The notes below the pieces were generated by a model, which saw nothing but the letters and a program-made list of their open reading frames with translations, ran no database searches and was not told where the DNA came from. Both the position numbers and the translations under genes were made by a program. DNA of 63,313 nt, the filler included, from Nemertoderma westbladi (Eukaryota; Animalia; Xenacoelomorpha): NCBI GenBank assembly GCA_032718475.1. It is 3 parts of 3 records of this genome, joined end to end, with 100 filler letters (N's around TTAATTAATTAA, not from the genome) between each part and the next. Parts side by side here need not be neighbours in the genome. Positions count along the whole stretch, not along the records: positions 1 to 17,856 come from JAUCBJ010002190.1; positions 17,957 to 32,656 come from JAUCBJ010006861.1; 1 more part is not named here. The stretch is one strand, 5' to 3'. Below are positions 10,409-24,300 of this stretch, one piece after another. The stretch's first letter is position 1; the number at the start of each line of letters is the position of its first letter.

Positions 10409-13400
10409 GTCCTAACTGACTCTACGCTGACCTACTAACGGAGTGAATACTGGAGGTCCTAACTGACTCTACGCTGACCTACTAACGGAGTGAATACTGG
10501 AGGTCCTAACTGACTCTACGCTGACCTACTAATGGAGTGAATACTGGAGGTCCTAACTGACTCTACGCTGACCTACTAACGGAGTGAATACTGGAGGTCC
10601 TAACTGACTCTATGCTGACCTACTAACGGAGTGAATACTGGAGGTCCTAACTGACTCTACGCTGACCTACTAACGGAGTGAATACTGGATGTCCTAACTG
10701 ACTCTACGCTGACCTACTAACGGAGTGAATACTGGAGGTCCTAACTGACTCTACGCTGACCTACTAACGGAGTGATTACTAGAGGTCCTAACTGACTCTA
10801 CGCTGACCTACTAACGGAGCGAATACTGGAGGTCCTAACTGACTCTACGCTGACCTACTAACGGAGCGAATACTGGAGGTCCTAACTGACTCTACGCTGA
10901 CCTACTAACGGAGTGAATACTGGAGGTCCTAACTGACTCTACGCTGACCTACTAACGGAGTGAATACTGGATGTCCTAACTGACTCTACGCTGACCTACT
11001 AACGGAGTGAATACTGGAGGTCCTAACTGACTCTACGCTGACCTACTAACGGAGCGAATACTGGAGGTCCTAACTGACTCTACGCTGACCTACTAACGGA
11101 GTGAATACTGGATGTCCTAACTGACTCTACGCTGACCTACTAACGGAGTGAATACTGGAGGTCCTAACTGACTCTACGCTGACCTACTAACTGAGTGAAT
11201 ACTGGAGGTCCTAACTGACTCTATGCTGACCTACTAACGGAGTGAATACTGGAGGTCCTAACTGACTCTACGCTGACCTACTAACGGAGTGAATACTGGA
11301 TGTCCTAACTGACTCTACGCTGACCTACTAACGGAGTGAATACTGGAGGTCCTAACTGACTCTACGCTGACCTACTAACGGAGTGAATACTAGAGGTCCT
11401 AACTGACTCTACGCTGACCTACTAACGGAGTGAATACTGGAGGTCCTAACTGACTCTATGCTGACCTACTAACGGAGTGAATACTGGAGGTCCTAACTGA
11501 CTCTACGCTGACCTACTAACGGAGTGAATACTAGAGGTCCTAACTGACTCTACGCTGACCTACTAACGGAGTGAATACTGGAGGTCCTAACTGACTCTAT
11601 GCTGACCTACTAACGGAGTGAATACTGGAGGTCCTAACTGACTCTACGCTGACCTACTAACGGAGTGAATACTGGATGTCCTAACTGACTCTACGCTGAC
11701 CTACTAACGGAGTGAATACTGGAGGTCCTAACTGACTCTACGCTGACCTACTAACGGAGTGAATACTGGAGCTCCTAACTGACTCTACGCAGACCTACTA
11801 ACGGAGTGAATACTGGAGCTCCTAACTGACTCCACGCTGACCTACTAACGGAGTGAATACTGGAGGTCCTAACTGACTCTACGCTGACCTACTAACGGAG
11901 TGAATACTGGAGGTCCTAACTGACTCTATGCTGACCTACTAACGGAGTGAATACTGGAGGTCCTAACTGACTCTACGCTGACCTACTAACGGAGTGAATA
12001 CTGGATGTCCTAACTGACTCTACGCTGACCTACTAACGGAGTGAATACTGGAGGTCCTAACTGACTCTACGCTGACTTACTAACGGAGTGAATACTGGAG
12101 GTCCTAACTGACTCTACGCTGACCTACTAACGGAGTGAATACTGGAGGTCCTAACTGACTCTACGCTGACCTTCTAACGGAGTGAATACTGGATGTCTTA
12201 ACTGACACTACGCTGACATACTAACGGAGTGAATACTGGAGGTCCTAACTGACTCTACGCTGACCTACTAACGGAGTGAATACTGGAGGTCCTAACTGAC
12301 TCTACGCTGACTTACTAACGGAGTGAATACTGGAGGTCCTAACTGACTCTACGCTGACCTACTAACGGAGTGAATACTGGAGGTCCTAACTGACTCTACG
12401 CTGACCTACTAACGGATTGAATACTGGATGTCCTAACTGACTCTACGCTGACCTACTAACGGAGTGAATACTGGAGGTCCTAACTGACTCTACGCTGACC
12501 TACTAACGTTGTGAATACTGGAGGTTCTAACTGACTCTACGCTGACCTACTAACGGATTGAATACTGGATGTCCTAACTGACTCTACGCTGACCTACTAA
12601 CGGAGTGAATACTGGAGGTCCTAACTGACTCTACGCTGACCTACTAACGGAGTGAATACTGGAGGTCCTAACTGACTCTACGCTGACTTACTAACGGAGT
12701 GAATACTGGAGGTCCTAACTGACTCTACGCTGACCTACTAACGGAGTGAATACTGGAGGTCCTAACTGACTCTACGCTGACCTACTAACGGAGTGATTAC
12801 TAGAGGTCCTAACTGACTCTACGCTGACCTACTAACGGAGCGAATACTGGAGGTCCTAACTGACTCTACGCTGACCTACTAACGGAGTGAATACTGGATG
12901 TCCTAACTGACTCTACGCTGACCTACTAACGGAGTGAATACTGGAGGTCCTAACTGACTCTACGCTGACCTACTAACGGAGCGAATACTGGAGGTCCTAA
13001 CTGACTCTACGCTGACCTACTAACGGAGTGAATACTGGAGGTCCTAACTGACTCTACGCTGACCTACTAACGGAGTGAATACTGGAGGTCCTAACTGACT
13101 CTACGCTGACCTACTAACGGAGTGAATACTGGAGGTCCTAACTGACTCTACGCTGACCTACTAACGGAGTGAATACTGGAGGTCCTAACTGACTCCACGC
13201 TGACCTACTAACGGAGTGAATACTGGAGGTCCTAACTGACTCTACGCTGACCTACTAACGGAGTGAATACTGGAGGTCCTAACTGACTCTACGCTGACCT
13301 ACTAATGGAGTGAATACTGGAGGTCCTAACTGACTCTACGCTGACCTACTAACGTTGTGAATACTGGAGGTCCTAACTGACTCCACGCTGACCTACTAAC

Positions 13401-16400
13401 GGAGTGAATACTGGAGGTCCTAACTGACTCTACGCTGACCTACTAACGGAGTGAATACTGGAGGTCCTAACTGACTCTACGCTGACCTACTAATGGAGTG
13501 AATACTGGAGGTCCTAACTGACTCTACGCTGACCTACTAACGTTGTGAATACTGGAGGTCCTAACTGACTCCACGCTGACCTACTAACGGAGCGAATACT
13601 GGAGGTCCTAACTGACTCCACGCTGACCTACTAACGGAGTGAATACTGGAGGTCCTAACTGACTCTACGCTGACCTACTAACGGAGCGAATACTGGAGGT
13701 CCTAACTGACTCTACGCTGACCTACTAACGGAGTGAATACTGGAGGTCCTAACTGACTCTACGCTGACCTACTAACGTTGTGAATACTGGAGGTCCTAAC
13801 TGACTCTACGCTGACCTACTAACGGAGTGAATACTGGAGGTCCTAACTGACTCCACGCTGACCTACTAACGGAGTGAATACTGGAGGTCCTAACTGACTC
13901 TACGCTGACCTACTAACGGAGTGAATACTGGAGGTCCTAACTGACTCCACGCTGACCTACTAACGGAGTGAATACTGGAGGTCCTAACTGACTCTACGCT
14001 GACCTACTAACGGAGTGAATACTGGAGGTCCTAACTGACTCTACGCTGACCTACTAACGGAGTGAATACTGGAGGTCCTAACTGACTCTACGCTGACCTA
14101 CTAACGGAGTGAATACTGGAGGTCCTAACTGACTCCACGCTGACCTACTAACGGAGTGAATACTGGAGGTCCTAACTGACTCTACGCTGACCTACTAACG
14201 GAGTGAATACTGGAGGTCCTAACTGACTCTACGCTGACCTACTAACGGAGTGAATACTGGAGGTCCTAACTGACTCTACGCTGACCTACTAACGTTGTGA
14301 ATACTGGAGGTCCTAACTGACTCTACGCTGACCTACTAACGGAGCGAATACTGGAGGTCCTAACTGACTCTACGCTGACCTACTAACGGAGTGAATACTG
14401 GAGGTCCTAACTGACTCTACGCTGACCTACTAACGTAGTGAATACTGGAGGTCCTAACTGACTCTACGCTGACCTACTAACGGAGTGAATACTGGAGGTC
14501 CTAACTGACTCTACGCTGACCTACTAACGGAGTGAATACTGGAGGTCCTAACTGACTCTACGCTGACCTACTAACGGAGTGAATACTGGAGGTCCTAACT
14601 GACTCTACGCTGACCTACTAACGGAGTGAATACTGGAGGTCCTAACTGACTCTACGCTGACCTACTAACGGAGTGAATACTGGAGGTCCTAACTGACTCT
14701 ACGCTGACCTACTAACGGAGTGAATACTGGAGGTCCTAACTGACTCTACGCTGACCTACTAATGGAGTGATTACTGGAGGTCCTAACTGACTCTACGCTG
14801 ACCTACTAACGGAGTGAATACTGGAGGTCCTAACTGACTCTACGCTGACCTACTAACGTTGTGAATACTGGAGGTCCTAACTGACTCTACGCTGACCTAC
14901 TAACGGAGTGAATACTGGAGGTCCTAACTGACTCTACGCTGACCTACTAACGGAGTGAATACTGGAGGTCCTAACTGACTCTACGCTGACCTACTAACGG
15001 AGTGAATACTGGAGGTCCTAACTGACTCTACGCTGACCTACTAACGGAGTGAATACTGGAGGTCCTAACTGACTCTACGCTGACCTACTAACGTTGTGAA
15101 TACTGGAGGTCCTAACTGACTCTACGCTGACCTACTAATGGAGTGATTACTGGAGGTCCTAACTGACTCTACGCTGACCTACTAACGGAGTGAATACTGG
15201 AGGTCCTAACTGACTCTACGCTGACCTACTAACGGAGTGAATACTGGAGGTCCTAACTGACTCTACGCTGACCTACTAACGGAGTGAATACTGGAGGTCC
15301 TAACTGACTCTACGCTGACCTACTAATGGAGTGATTACTGGAGGTCCTAACTGACTCTACGCTGACCTACTAACGTTGTGAATACTGGAGGTCCTAACTG
15401 ACTCTACGCTGACCTACTAACGGAGTGAATACTGGAGGTCCTAACTGACTCTACGCTGACCTACTAACGTTGTGAATACTGGAGGTCCTAACTGACTCTA
15501 CGCTGACCTACTAACGGAGTGAATACTGGAGGTCCTAACTGACTCTACGCTGACCTACTAACGGAGTGAATACTGGAGGTCCTAACTGACTCTACGCTGA
15601 CCTACTAACGGAGTGAATACTGGAGGTCCTAACTGACTCCACGCTGACCTACTAACGGAGTGAATACTGGAGGTCCTAACTGACTCTACGCTGACCTACT
15701 AACGGAGTGAATACTGGAGGTCCTAACTGACTCTACGCTGACCTACTAACGGAGTGAATACTGGAGGTCCTAACTGACTCTACGCTGACCTACTAACGGA
15801 GTGAATACTGGAGGTCCTAACTGACTCTACGCTGACCTACTAACGGAGTGAATACTGGAGGTCCTAACTGACTCTACGCTGACCTACTAACGGAGTGAAT
15901 ACTGGAGGTCCTAACTGACTCTACGCTGACCTACTAACGGAGTGAATACTGGAGGTCCTAACTGACTCTACGCTGACCTACTAACGGAGTGAATACTGGA
16001 GGTCCTAACTGACTCTACGCTGACCTACTAACGGAGTGAATACTGGAGGTCCTAACTGACTCTACGCTGACCTACTAACGTTGTGAATACTGGAGGTCCT
16101 AACTGACTCTACGCTGACCTACTAACGGAGTGAATACTGGAGGTCCTAACTGACTCTACGCTGACCTACTAACGGAGTGAATACTGGAGGTCCTAACTGA
16201 CTCTACGCTGACCTACTAACGTTGTGAATACTGGAGGTCCTAACTGACTCTACGCTGACCTACTAACGGAGTGAATACTGGAGGTCCTAACTGACTCTAC
16301 GCTGACCTACTAACGGAGTGAATACTGGAGGTCCTAACTGACTCTACGCTGACCTACTAACGGAGTGAATACTGGAGGTCCTAACTGACTCTACGCTGAC

Positions 16401-17856
16401 CTACTAACGTTGTGAATACTGGAGGTCCTAACTGACTCTACGCTGACCTACTAACGGAGTGAATACTGGAGGTCCTAACTGACTCTACGCTGACCTACTA
16501 ACGGAGTGAATACTGGAGGTCCTAACTGACTCTACGCTGACCTACTAACGGAGTGAATACTGGAGGTCCTAACTGACTCTACGCTGACCTACTAATGGAG
16601 TGATTACTGGAGGTCCTAACTGACTCTACGCTGACCTACTAACGGTGTGAATACTGGAGGTCCTAACTGACTCTACGCTGACCTACTAACGTTGTGAATA
16701 CTGGAGGTCCTAACTGACTCTACGCTGACCTACTAACGGAGTGAATACTGGAGGTCCTAACTGACTCTACGCTGACCTACTAACGGAGTGAATACTGGAG
16801 GTCCTAACTGACTCTACGCTGACCTACTAATGGAGTGAATACTGGAGGTCCTAACTGACTCTACGCTGACCTACTAACGGAGTGAATACTGGAGGTCCTA
16901 ACTGACTCTACGCTGACCTACTAACGGAGTGAATACTGGAGGTCCTAACTGACTCTACGCTGACCTACTAACGGAGTGAATACTGGAGGTCCTAACTGAC
17001 TCCACGCTGACCTACTAACGGAGCGAATACTGGAGGTCCTAACTGACTCTACGCTGACCTACTAATGGAGTGATTACTGGAGGTCCTAACTGACTCTACG
17101 CTGACCTACTAACGTTGTGAATACTGGAGGTCCTAACTGACTCTACGCTGACCTACTAACGGTGTGAATACTGGAGGTCCTAACTGACTCTACGCTGACC
17201 TACTAACGTTGTGAATACTGGAGGTCCTAACTGACTCTACGCTGACCTACTAACGGAGTGAATACTGGAGGTCCTAACTGACTCTACGCTGACCTACTAA
17301 CGGAGTGAATACTGGAGGTCCTAACTGACTCTACGCTGACCTACTAACGGAGTGAATACTGGAGGTCCTAACTGACTCTACGCTGACCTACTAACGGAGT
17401 GAATACTGGAGGTCCTAACTGACTCTACGCTGACCTACTAACGGAGTGAATACTGGAGGTCCTAACTGACTCCACGCTGACCTACTAACGGAGCGAATAC
17501 TGGAGGTCCTAACTGACTCTACGCTGACCTACTAACGGAGTGAATACTGGAGGTCCTAACTGACTCTACGCTGACCTACTAACGGAGTGAATACTGGAGG
17601 TCCTAACTGACTCTACGCTGACCTACTAACGTTGTGAATACTGGAGGTCCTAACTGACTCCACGCTGACCTACTAACGGAGCGAATACTGGAGGTCCTAA
17701 CTGACTCTACGCTGACCTACTAACGGAGTGATTACTGGAGGTCCTAACTGACTCTACGCTGACCTACTAACGGAGTGAATACTGGAGGTCCTAACTGACT
17801 CCACGCTGACCTACTAACGGTGTGAATACTGGAGGTCCTAACTGACTCTACGCTGA
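10409..17856. repeat. 47-bp satellite (GTCCTAACTGACTCTACGCTGACCTACTAACGGAGTGAATACTGGAG), about 158 copies, runs into the gap
   Basis: Period of 47 (10409, 10456, ...), highly homogeneous, no unique spacers. Confidence 0.99.
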
Positions 17857-17956
17857 NNNNNNNNNNNNNNNNNNNNNNNNNNNNNNNNNNNNNNNNNNNN
17901 TTAATTAATTAANNNNNNNNNNNNNNNNNNNNNNNNNNNNNNNNNNNNNNNNNNNN
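17857..17956. other. Artificial assembly linker
   Basis: 44 N + TTAATTAATTAA (stops in all six frames) + 44 N. Confidence 0.97.
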
Positions 17957-18614
17957 CAAGTGCTAGTTGCCACCGGTCAGCCGGTACCGGTAGTAGGGTG
18001 GTACCATGGCCTACTACACACATGCCATGACAAGGACTTTGCTGTGAAATTAGCGTAGGCTGACTGGTGACTGATGAATTATCAAATATTATATTTTCCA
18101 TGAATGCAGGGTCCATATTTAAAAGAAGATGACTAGATTTTCGTAAAGAATTTAATTGAAACAGTATTTAATAATAAATAAATTAATTATCGCTCGAGTT
18201 CCTGCAGCTTTTATTCGTGGCAGGAATGTTTGAACGCTAATAAGTCGGTCAATCATGGATGAAATGGAACCAAACTTGGTACACTTGTAGTCTTAAAAAA
18301 ATTTAGAAATTCTACACACAGACAGACTTCTACAGTTCCCCGGTCTGCCGCTAGGGGGCGAATTAACAGAAACGTAAAAATAGCTGTAATTATAGAACCA
18401 ACGATCAGATTTATCTGAAATTTAGTAGTAGTTACCTAAGAGCATTGCTTAATTATAAATTCTACAGAGACTTTTACAGTTCCTGTCTGCCGCTAGTGGG
18501 GAATTGTTAGAGCTCCAGTTCAACGTGCTTAGCATGGTATAATAAACAATCAATTAATTATTTTATTCAATACAGTAATTATAACAGTAAAATGCAATGT
18601 ATTCTATTTTTTAG

Positions 18615-19010
18615 TGAAATCAAGAGATAGGAGGGGGGTGGGACTGGACGCAAATCCCATCTTGGCGAATTAATATCCCGCCTCAATATTAATTTCTAAA
18701 TTTTGGGAAAGGAGCAGGTTACAGTGGCACGTTATTTTAACCAAAACAATAAAGTAAACACAATAGAACAGGTTACAGTTTTATTTTTGAGAGTAATCAG
18801 CTGTTGTTATTTGCGTCCAATTTCCCCTGGAGAGGGATGAATTTTTATTGCGTCCAGCCCCCCAAAACCAAAACCAAAACAATAAAGTAAACACAATAGA
18901 ACAGGTTACAGTTTTATTTTTGAGAGTAATCAGCTGTTGTTATTTGCGTCCAATTTCCCATGGAGAGGGATGAATTTTTATTGCGTCCAGCCCCCCCTAT
19001 CTTGAAATCA
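18615..19010. repeat. MITE-like element with imperfect inverted ends and an internal direct duplication of about 130 bp
   Basis: gatagg..ggggg..ctggacgcaa versus ttgcgtccagccccccctatc; duplicate blocks at about 18740-18863 and 18873-18997. Confidence 0.55.
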
Positions 19011-19124
19011 AATACCAAAAATATATTTATTATATGAACAATCTATTTGGAAATTGTAAGTTTGGCCTATCTCTTTACAATAAGCTCAGTATCTTTATCT
19101 GGTGTGTTTTTATTATTTTACCAA

Positions 19125-19757
19125 TTATTTAATATGTTTGATAGAATTGAACAACACCGCCCAACACAACCAACTCTCTATCCGCCTCGAGCATCGAGAA
19201 TACGAGAAACTCGATCGAAATACCTGCTTATCCCAGTAGTATCCGTCCGTAGTCAGAGTCACCGGACCGCTGCGGTTTACTCCCGTAGAACAGTAGAATT
19301 CCCGCAGCTTCCGATCCAATTCGACAACGAATTCGCTTCACACTTTCGCGTCACAGAGAACGTAATCCAGTGCGATAACGTCTGCCCAACGTTCAACCAT
19401 TTCCCCCAGGCGATCCCAGGATCCGGGCCGCCGCTAAACCCAGATCGCAATCCTCGTCGATTCGTCCAGTCGTCGACGTAAGTCAGTAAGTGGGACTCTT
19501 CCCACCGCACTCCAAGGTGGGTGACCGGAGTGAGGCATGATGAACTTGGCAGTGGCCCGCATTACGATCTGACCGACCGCCGTATTCCCAGTGTCTGAGT
19601 GTAGTAAATACCCAAATAGAATCGTACTGACAAACAAGCAATTCCGTAGTATTCCCCCGTTAATCACCTGTTGAAGCAACTCGGCTGCTCGGGTCCAGAT
19701 ACATCGGACTGTCGGGAGCGTTTCAGACATCGACATCAGACAGTAATGGAGCGGCAT
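19125..19757 (-). pseudogene. GC/CpG-rich coding-like relic of unknown family
   Basis: One reading frame of about 210 codons broken by only two in-frame stops, followed by AATAAA near 19090 on the minus strand. Confidence 0.35.
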
Positions 19758-21341
19758 TTGCGAATATTTCCAATGGTTTTATAATAAATAAGGGGATTCA
19801 ACAGTTCAATGCTAAAACAAATGGATTATTCCTAACCCCACCCCAATACAGCAATATACCTAACAGTATATAGCTTAGGTACCACAGTCTGACTAGCTTT
19901 AAATATTAGAGTATGAAAATTATTATAGGACCCTCATGGAAACGAGCTATATACCTCATGAGGCTATCCTTACACCAGAACCTTTTATTTAAGTAAATAA
20001 ACATTTTCAATCAGAACAAATCAGTATTGGTGCTCCTAAATATCTAGTGTTATTAGGCCTACTTGTACTGTAGGCCTAATATCGCAACGTAATCTTTATA
20101 AATGTATTATTGTGAATTTTAAAAGGTTTAATTATGTGTAAAAAACAATCAATCAATCAAACCATAATCAGCACAGTAAGCCTACGCATGGGTGGTACCT
20201 ACGGTGCGCACTACAACGGCTGAACGGCAGTACAGCAATACGGTGTACCGCCAGGTTGGAATTTATGTAGAGTTTGCTCAACATGTGTGGCGCGTATTTA
20301 GGATCCTGGCGCGAAGGAACAGGGGCGTGTGGCGCGCATTGAGGATCCTGGCGCGGAAATGGATGTCATGTACAGTAGCAAAATGCATTGGCATGGCAAC
20401 ATATCCATCCAGCCCAGGTTGGAATTCATGCATGAGCGCGCAGGTACGCTTTGTTGTTTTGAAATCACCGCGCACCTGAAATTGGCTCATCGCGCAGCTC
20501 ATCATAATCCATACAAAATCGCGCAGCTCATTTCATGCATATCTCAAAAAATCGCACAGTTCATAAGAACAATTTTACATTCCTATTTTACAAGTTTGAG
20601 CGTTTTAAGCTTATCTTTACGTCTGTCTGTCTAGGCTTACATAATAAATGTAATTTTTGCAACATCAAAATTGTTAATATTAAAAAATATTTTTATAATC
20701 CACTAGTGTTAGACCGGAGCTCCGGCTCCGGTCCGGATTCGGCCCGGAAAATGATGCTCCGGTTCCGGTCCGGCTCCGGCTAAAATATGACCGGAGAACC
20801 GGAGCTCCAGTCAGCCAGTATAAAACTGTAAAAGACAGACAGAGACACACAATGCACCGACTGACCGATGTACAATCCACAATCAGTTGTCCACAGTCAC
20901 AGTCCAGCAGTCATCAAGTCAATCATAGTACAGCTACACTGCCTACTGCTGTACTGGCCTACAAGGTGCCAGGCTGAGGCTACAAAGACCGGCCAGTCAG
21001 TACACTAGTACCTACAGCAGTACAGTCTGACAGTACTGTAAACTGTACTACTGCTGTACTGTACTACCTACTCACTCTGTTTAGCCTGTCTGCATGTCAC
21101 TAGCCTAGCCCTGTCTGCCTGTAGCCTAGTATTAGTATACCGGTACCTCTACATCTACAGATCTACTGGCAGACTTCAGGACTTGGTTGATGATGCTATC
21201 AACCATTCTTCTATTGCATCATTGTTCTGTTGTTAGGTTTAATATCTAATAAAACTACCAGACTAATGCACTGGTTTATGAGTAAAAACAAAGTCAGAAA
21301 GTGCAGAAGTTGGTTCACTAAATGTAGCTGTGTACGGTGTA

Positions 21342-24300
21342 CCGTAGAACTGGGTAACTTTGGCCTGTCAAGGTAACTTTGGCCTTTTTTGGGAAAGGGC
21401 TGTAGGGTGCCTTTTTTCTAACTAAGAAGTATGAAAACATAATTTTTTTGCACTGATTTGAAGAAAAACTTATCCTTGTCTTGTTTTTCGTATATTTATT
21501 ACTACAACAGACATATAAAATCTACAAACGGGCCATTTAAATTGTGGTGTTATTTTGCTACTTCAAGAACCCTTCCAAACTTCGCTTGTGCAGTCTGACT
21601 AGGATTAACTAAGTAAACAAATTGTGTTCGGGGTTCATGGGCATATTATCACGAATACGTTGAGTAGTTTTCTTGAGCATTCAGTTTTATTCTCACTAGG
21701 ATCTTCGTAGGTCAAAGTTAGACTGCCTAAAATTGCTCAATATTGGGTAACTTTGTCCTATCATTTTACTGTGTCTATCATTGGCCTGCCTGCCTGCTAC
21801 CACCTGTACACTGTACAGGTACAACTCACAGCATGTCATACCATCTACGGTACACATACCACTCACTCACTAGGCACCTTGGCCATCAATCAGTCAGTAA
21901 AGCATACAATGTACGTACATTCCATATCAGCCTATTATCTATCCATCGAGTACCACTCCAATAGGTAGCGTAATAATATTTTCAACTTTATTTGTCTTAT
22001 TACTGTATGTATTAAACTGTAAACTGCGATTTCATTCTGTTTTGTCACGAGATTCTCCTTGAAGTTAGATGTTATTTATTTTCTTGTCGTCGGGCTAGGG
22101 ATATTGGTGGTGATGGGGAAGGGGGGGTTAAAGCGGGGGAGGGCGGTAAGAAGCTACGCAAATTATGGCTCAGCTCGGTTGGAAGAAGCATTGGCGAAGA
22201 TCAGGTCGGGTCAGTGTAGTCAGTATGAGGCTGCTGCTGAGTATCGGATACCAAGGAGTACTTTGAAGTATAAGTTGAAAGGAGAACACTCTAAACCAGT
22301 GGGCCATCCTGTGGTGTTCTCAGCTGAAGAAGAGGCCGTTTTTGCTGATAGAATCAATCTCCTCTGTGAATGGGGATTCCCTTTAGACAGGGATGATGTG
22401 CGTCACATGGTGAGTTCTTATTTGAAATCCCAAGGTCAAAACATTTCGCAGTTCAAAGATGGAGTCACACCAGGTTTAGATTGGTTAAATGCGTTTATGG
22501 TAAGACAAAATTTGACCAATAGGCTAGTCTCTAACGTATCCAGAAAAAGAGCTAATTTAACCCCTGAATTAATTAACCTATACTACGATAACTTGGAGAA
22601 GGAACTTCCAGGAATTCCGCCATCAAATCTCTGGAATTGTGACGAGACAAACCTACAAGATGATCCAAAGAAAAGGAGAGCGGTCATGAAACGTGGTTGT
22701 AAATACCCAGAACGAGTGATGAACTCCAGCAAGGTCGGCTTTTCAATTATGTTCTGTGGTAATGCTGAGGGAGAGTGCCTTCCTCCCTACACTTGTTATA
22801 AATCCACGCATCTGTACGAACAATGGCGAGAAAATGGCCCAAAGGGAGGGCGATATAATCGCTCAGCTTCAGGGTGGTTTGATGAAGTTGTCTTCGTAGA
22901 TTTTTTTAAATCCATGCTTCTTCCAAGACTTCAGAAACAAGAAGGTCCAAAGGTATTGATTTGCGACAATTTGTCAGCTCACATTAACGGTGAAGTCTTG
23001 ACCCTTTGCAAAGAGAACAATATCAAGTTTATCTGCTTACCAACTAACTCAACTGCAATAACTCAACCACTTGACATTGCATACTTTCGTCCAATGAAAG
23101 GAGCTTGGAGGGAATTGCTGTTTAAATGGAAGAAGTCTGGACAGGGCCGCAAGTTCACTACGATTCCCAAGTCATCATTTCCAGGTCTACTAAAAGAATT
23201 AGTTGATAAGATCGGGTTTGGTAAAGGGCCGGATAATCTTGTTGCTGGATTCGACAAAGCTGGTATTTCTCCACTGAATCGTCAACGAGTCCTTGAGAGA
23301 CTTCCTAGGACAACCGCCGATTTGACGTCAGTTGCTCCAGCTGTTGATTCGGTTGTTATTGATCTTCTTAAAGATCTCAGAGGAGGATCAACGCCAGATG
23401 CACAGGCTTCATTAAGCTACACAAAGACGAACAAAGTTAAGAGGACAAAGATAACAGTCGAGGCTGGGAGATCAATCGGTGATAGCCATTCAAGTTCAAG
23501 TGAAGACGAGTCATCTGACGACGCATACGATCAGTACGATTCAACGACCTCTGTCTCTACTTCTAGTGAGAGCTTTGACGGTGATACAGATGCAGCTACC
23601 TGTAATGAGATTAGTAACGATGGAGTAACGATTAGTAGCAATAAAGTCGCGATTATTAATGATGAAGTGACTCTTTGTAGTTTGTGCAATGATTTAAATC
23701 CTCCTAATCATCCCAAGGGATATTTAATCGACTGGGAAGCTTGTGACACTAATGATTGTGACAAGTGGTACCATGCTATCTGCGTGGAGAGATCTGTTGG
23801 CAAGGGAAAGGAAGCTAGAGATGTTTGTGCTCATGCACATACCAGTAATGAGAACAGAACAACTGACAATGAACTGCATGACGATAGTCCCTTAATGCAG
23901 GACATCGCTTCTCTCCAATATATCTAAGTGAGTTGCACACTGAACTGTTGAAGACGCCAATACATTGCAATAGACTTCATTTATATACTGTTCTACTTTT
24001 GTATGATCCAGCCAGCCTGGACTAATAGGTCAGTGTCACGTTTTATTTTCAATGTATTTTTTAAATCTAATTTTGCAATAAATCTTGTGCTAATTATGTC
24101 TGTATAATGCTATGTGTGTGTATAGTATACTTTCAGTGTCTTTTGTATTATATTACTGGTATTTAGTGCTGTTTCAATATATTTTTTCAATCTAAATTTG
24201 CAATAAATCTTGTGCTAATTATGTCTGTATAATGCTGTATACTTTCAGTGTATTTTGTATTATATTACATTATATTAGTGTCTTTCAATGTATTATTTCA

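Noticed and set aside
10409-17856. CRISPR array
   Set aside because: Contiguous near-identical units with no unique spacers, no cas genes, eukaryotic context. The same applies to 4685-5725.
17901-18116. TTAATTAATTAA as a biological motif, and the ORF running into it
   Set aside because: Identical N-flanked six-frame-stop linker at both gaps; artificial. Adjacency across the gaps is not guaranteed.
19277-19510. YVDD as a reverse-transcriptase motif
   Set aside because: No flanking RT motifs and the following residues are polar; likely chance in an alternative frame.
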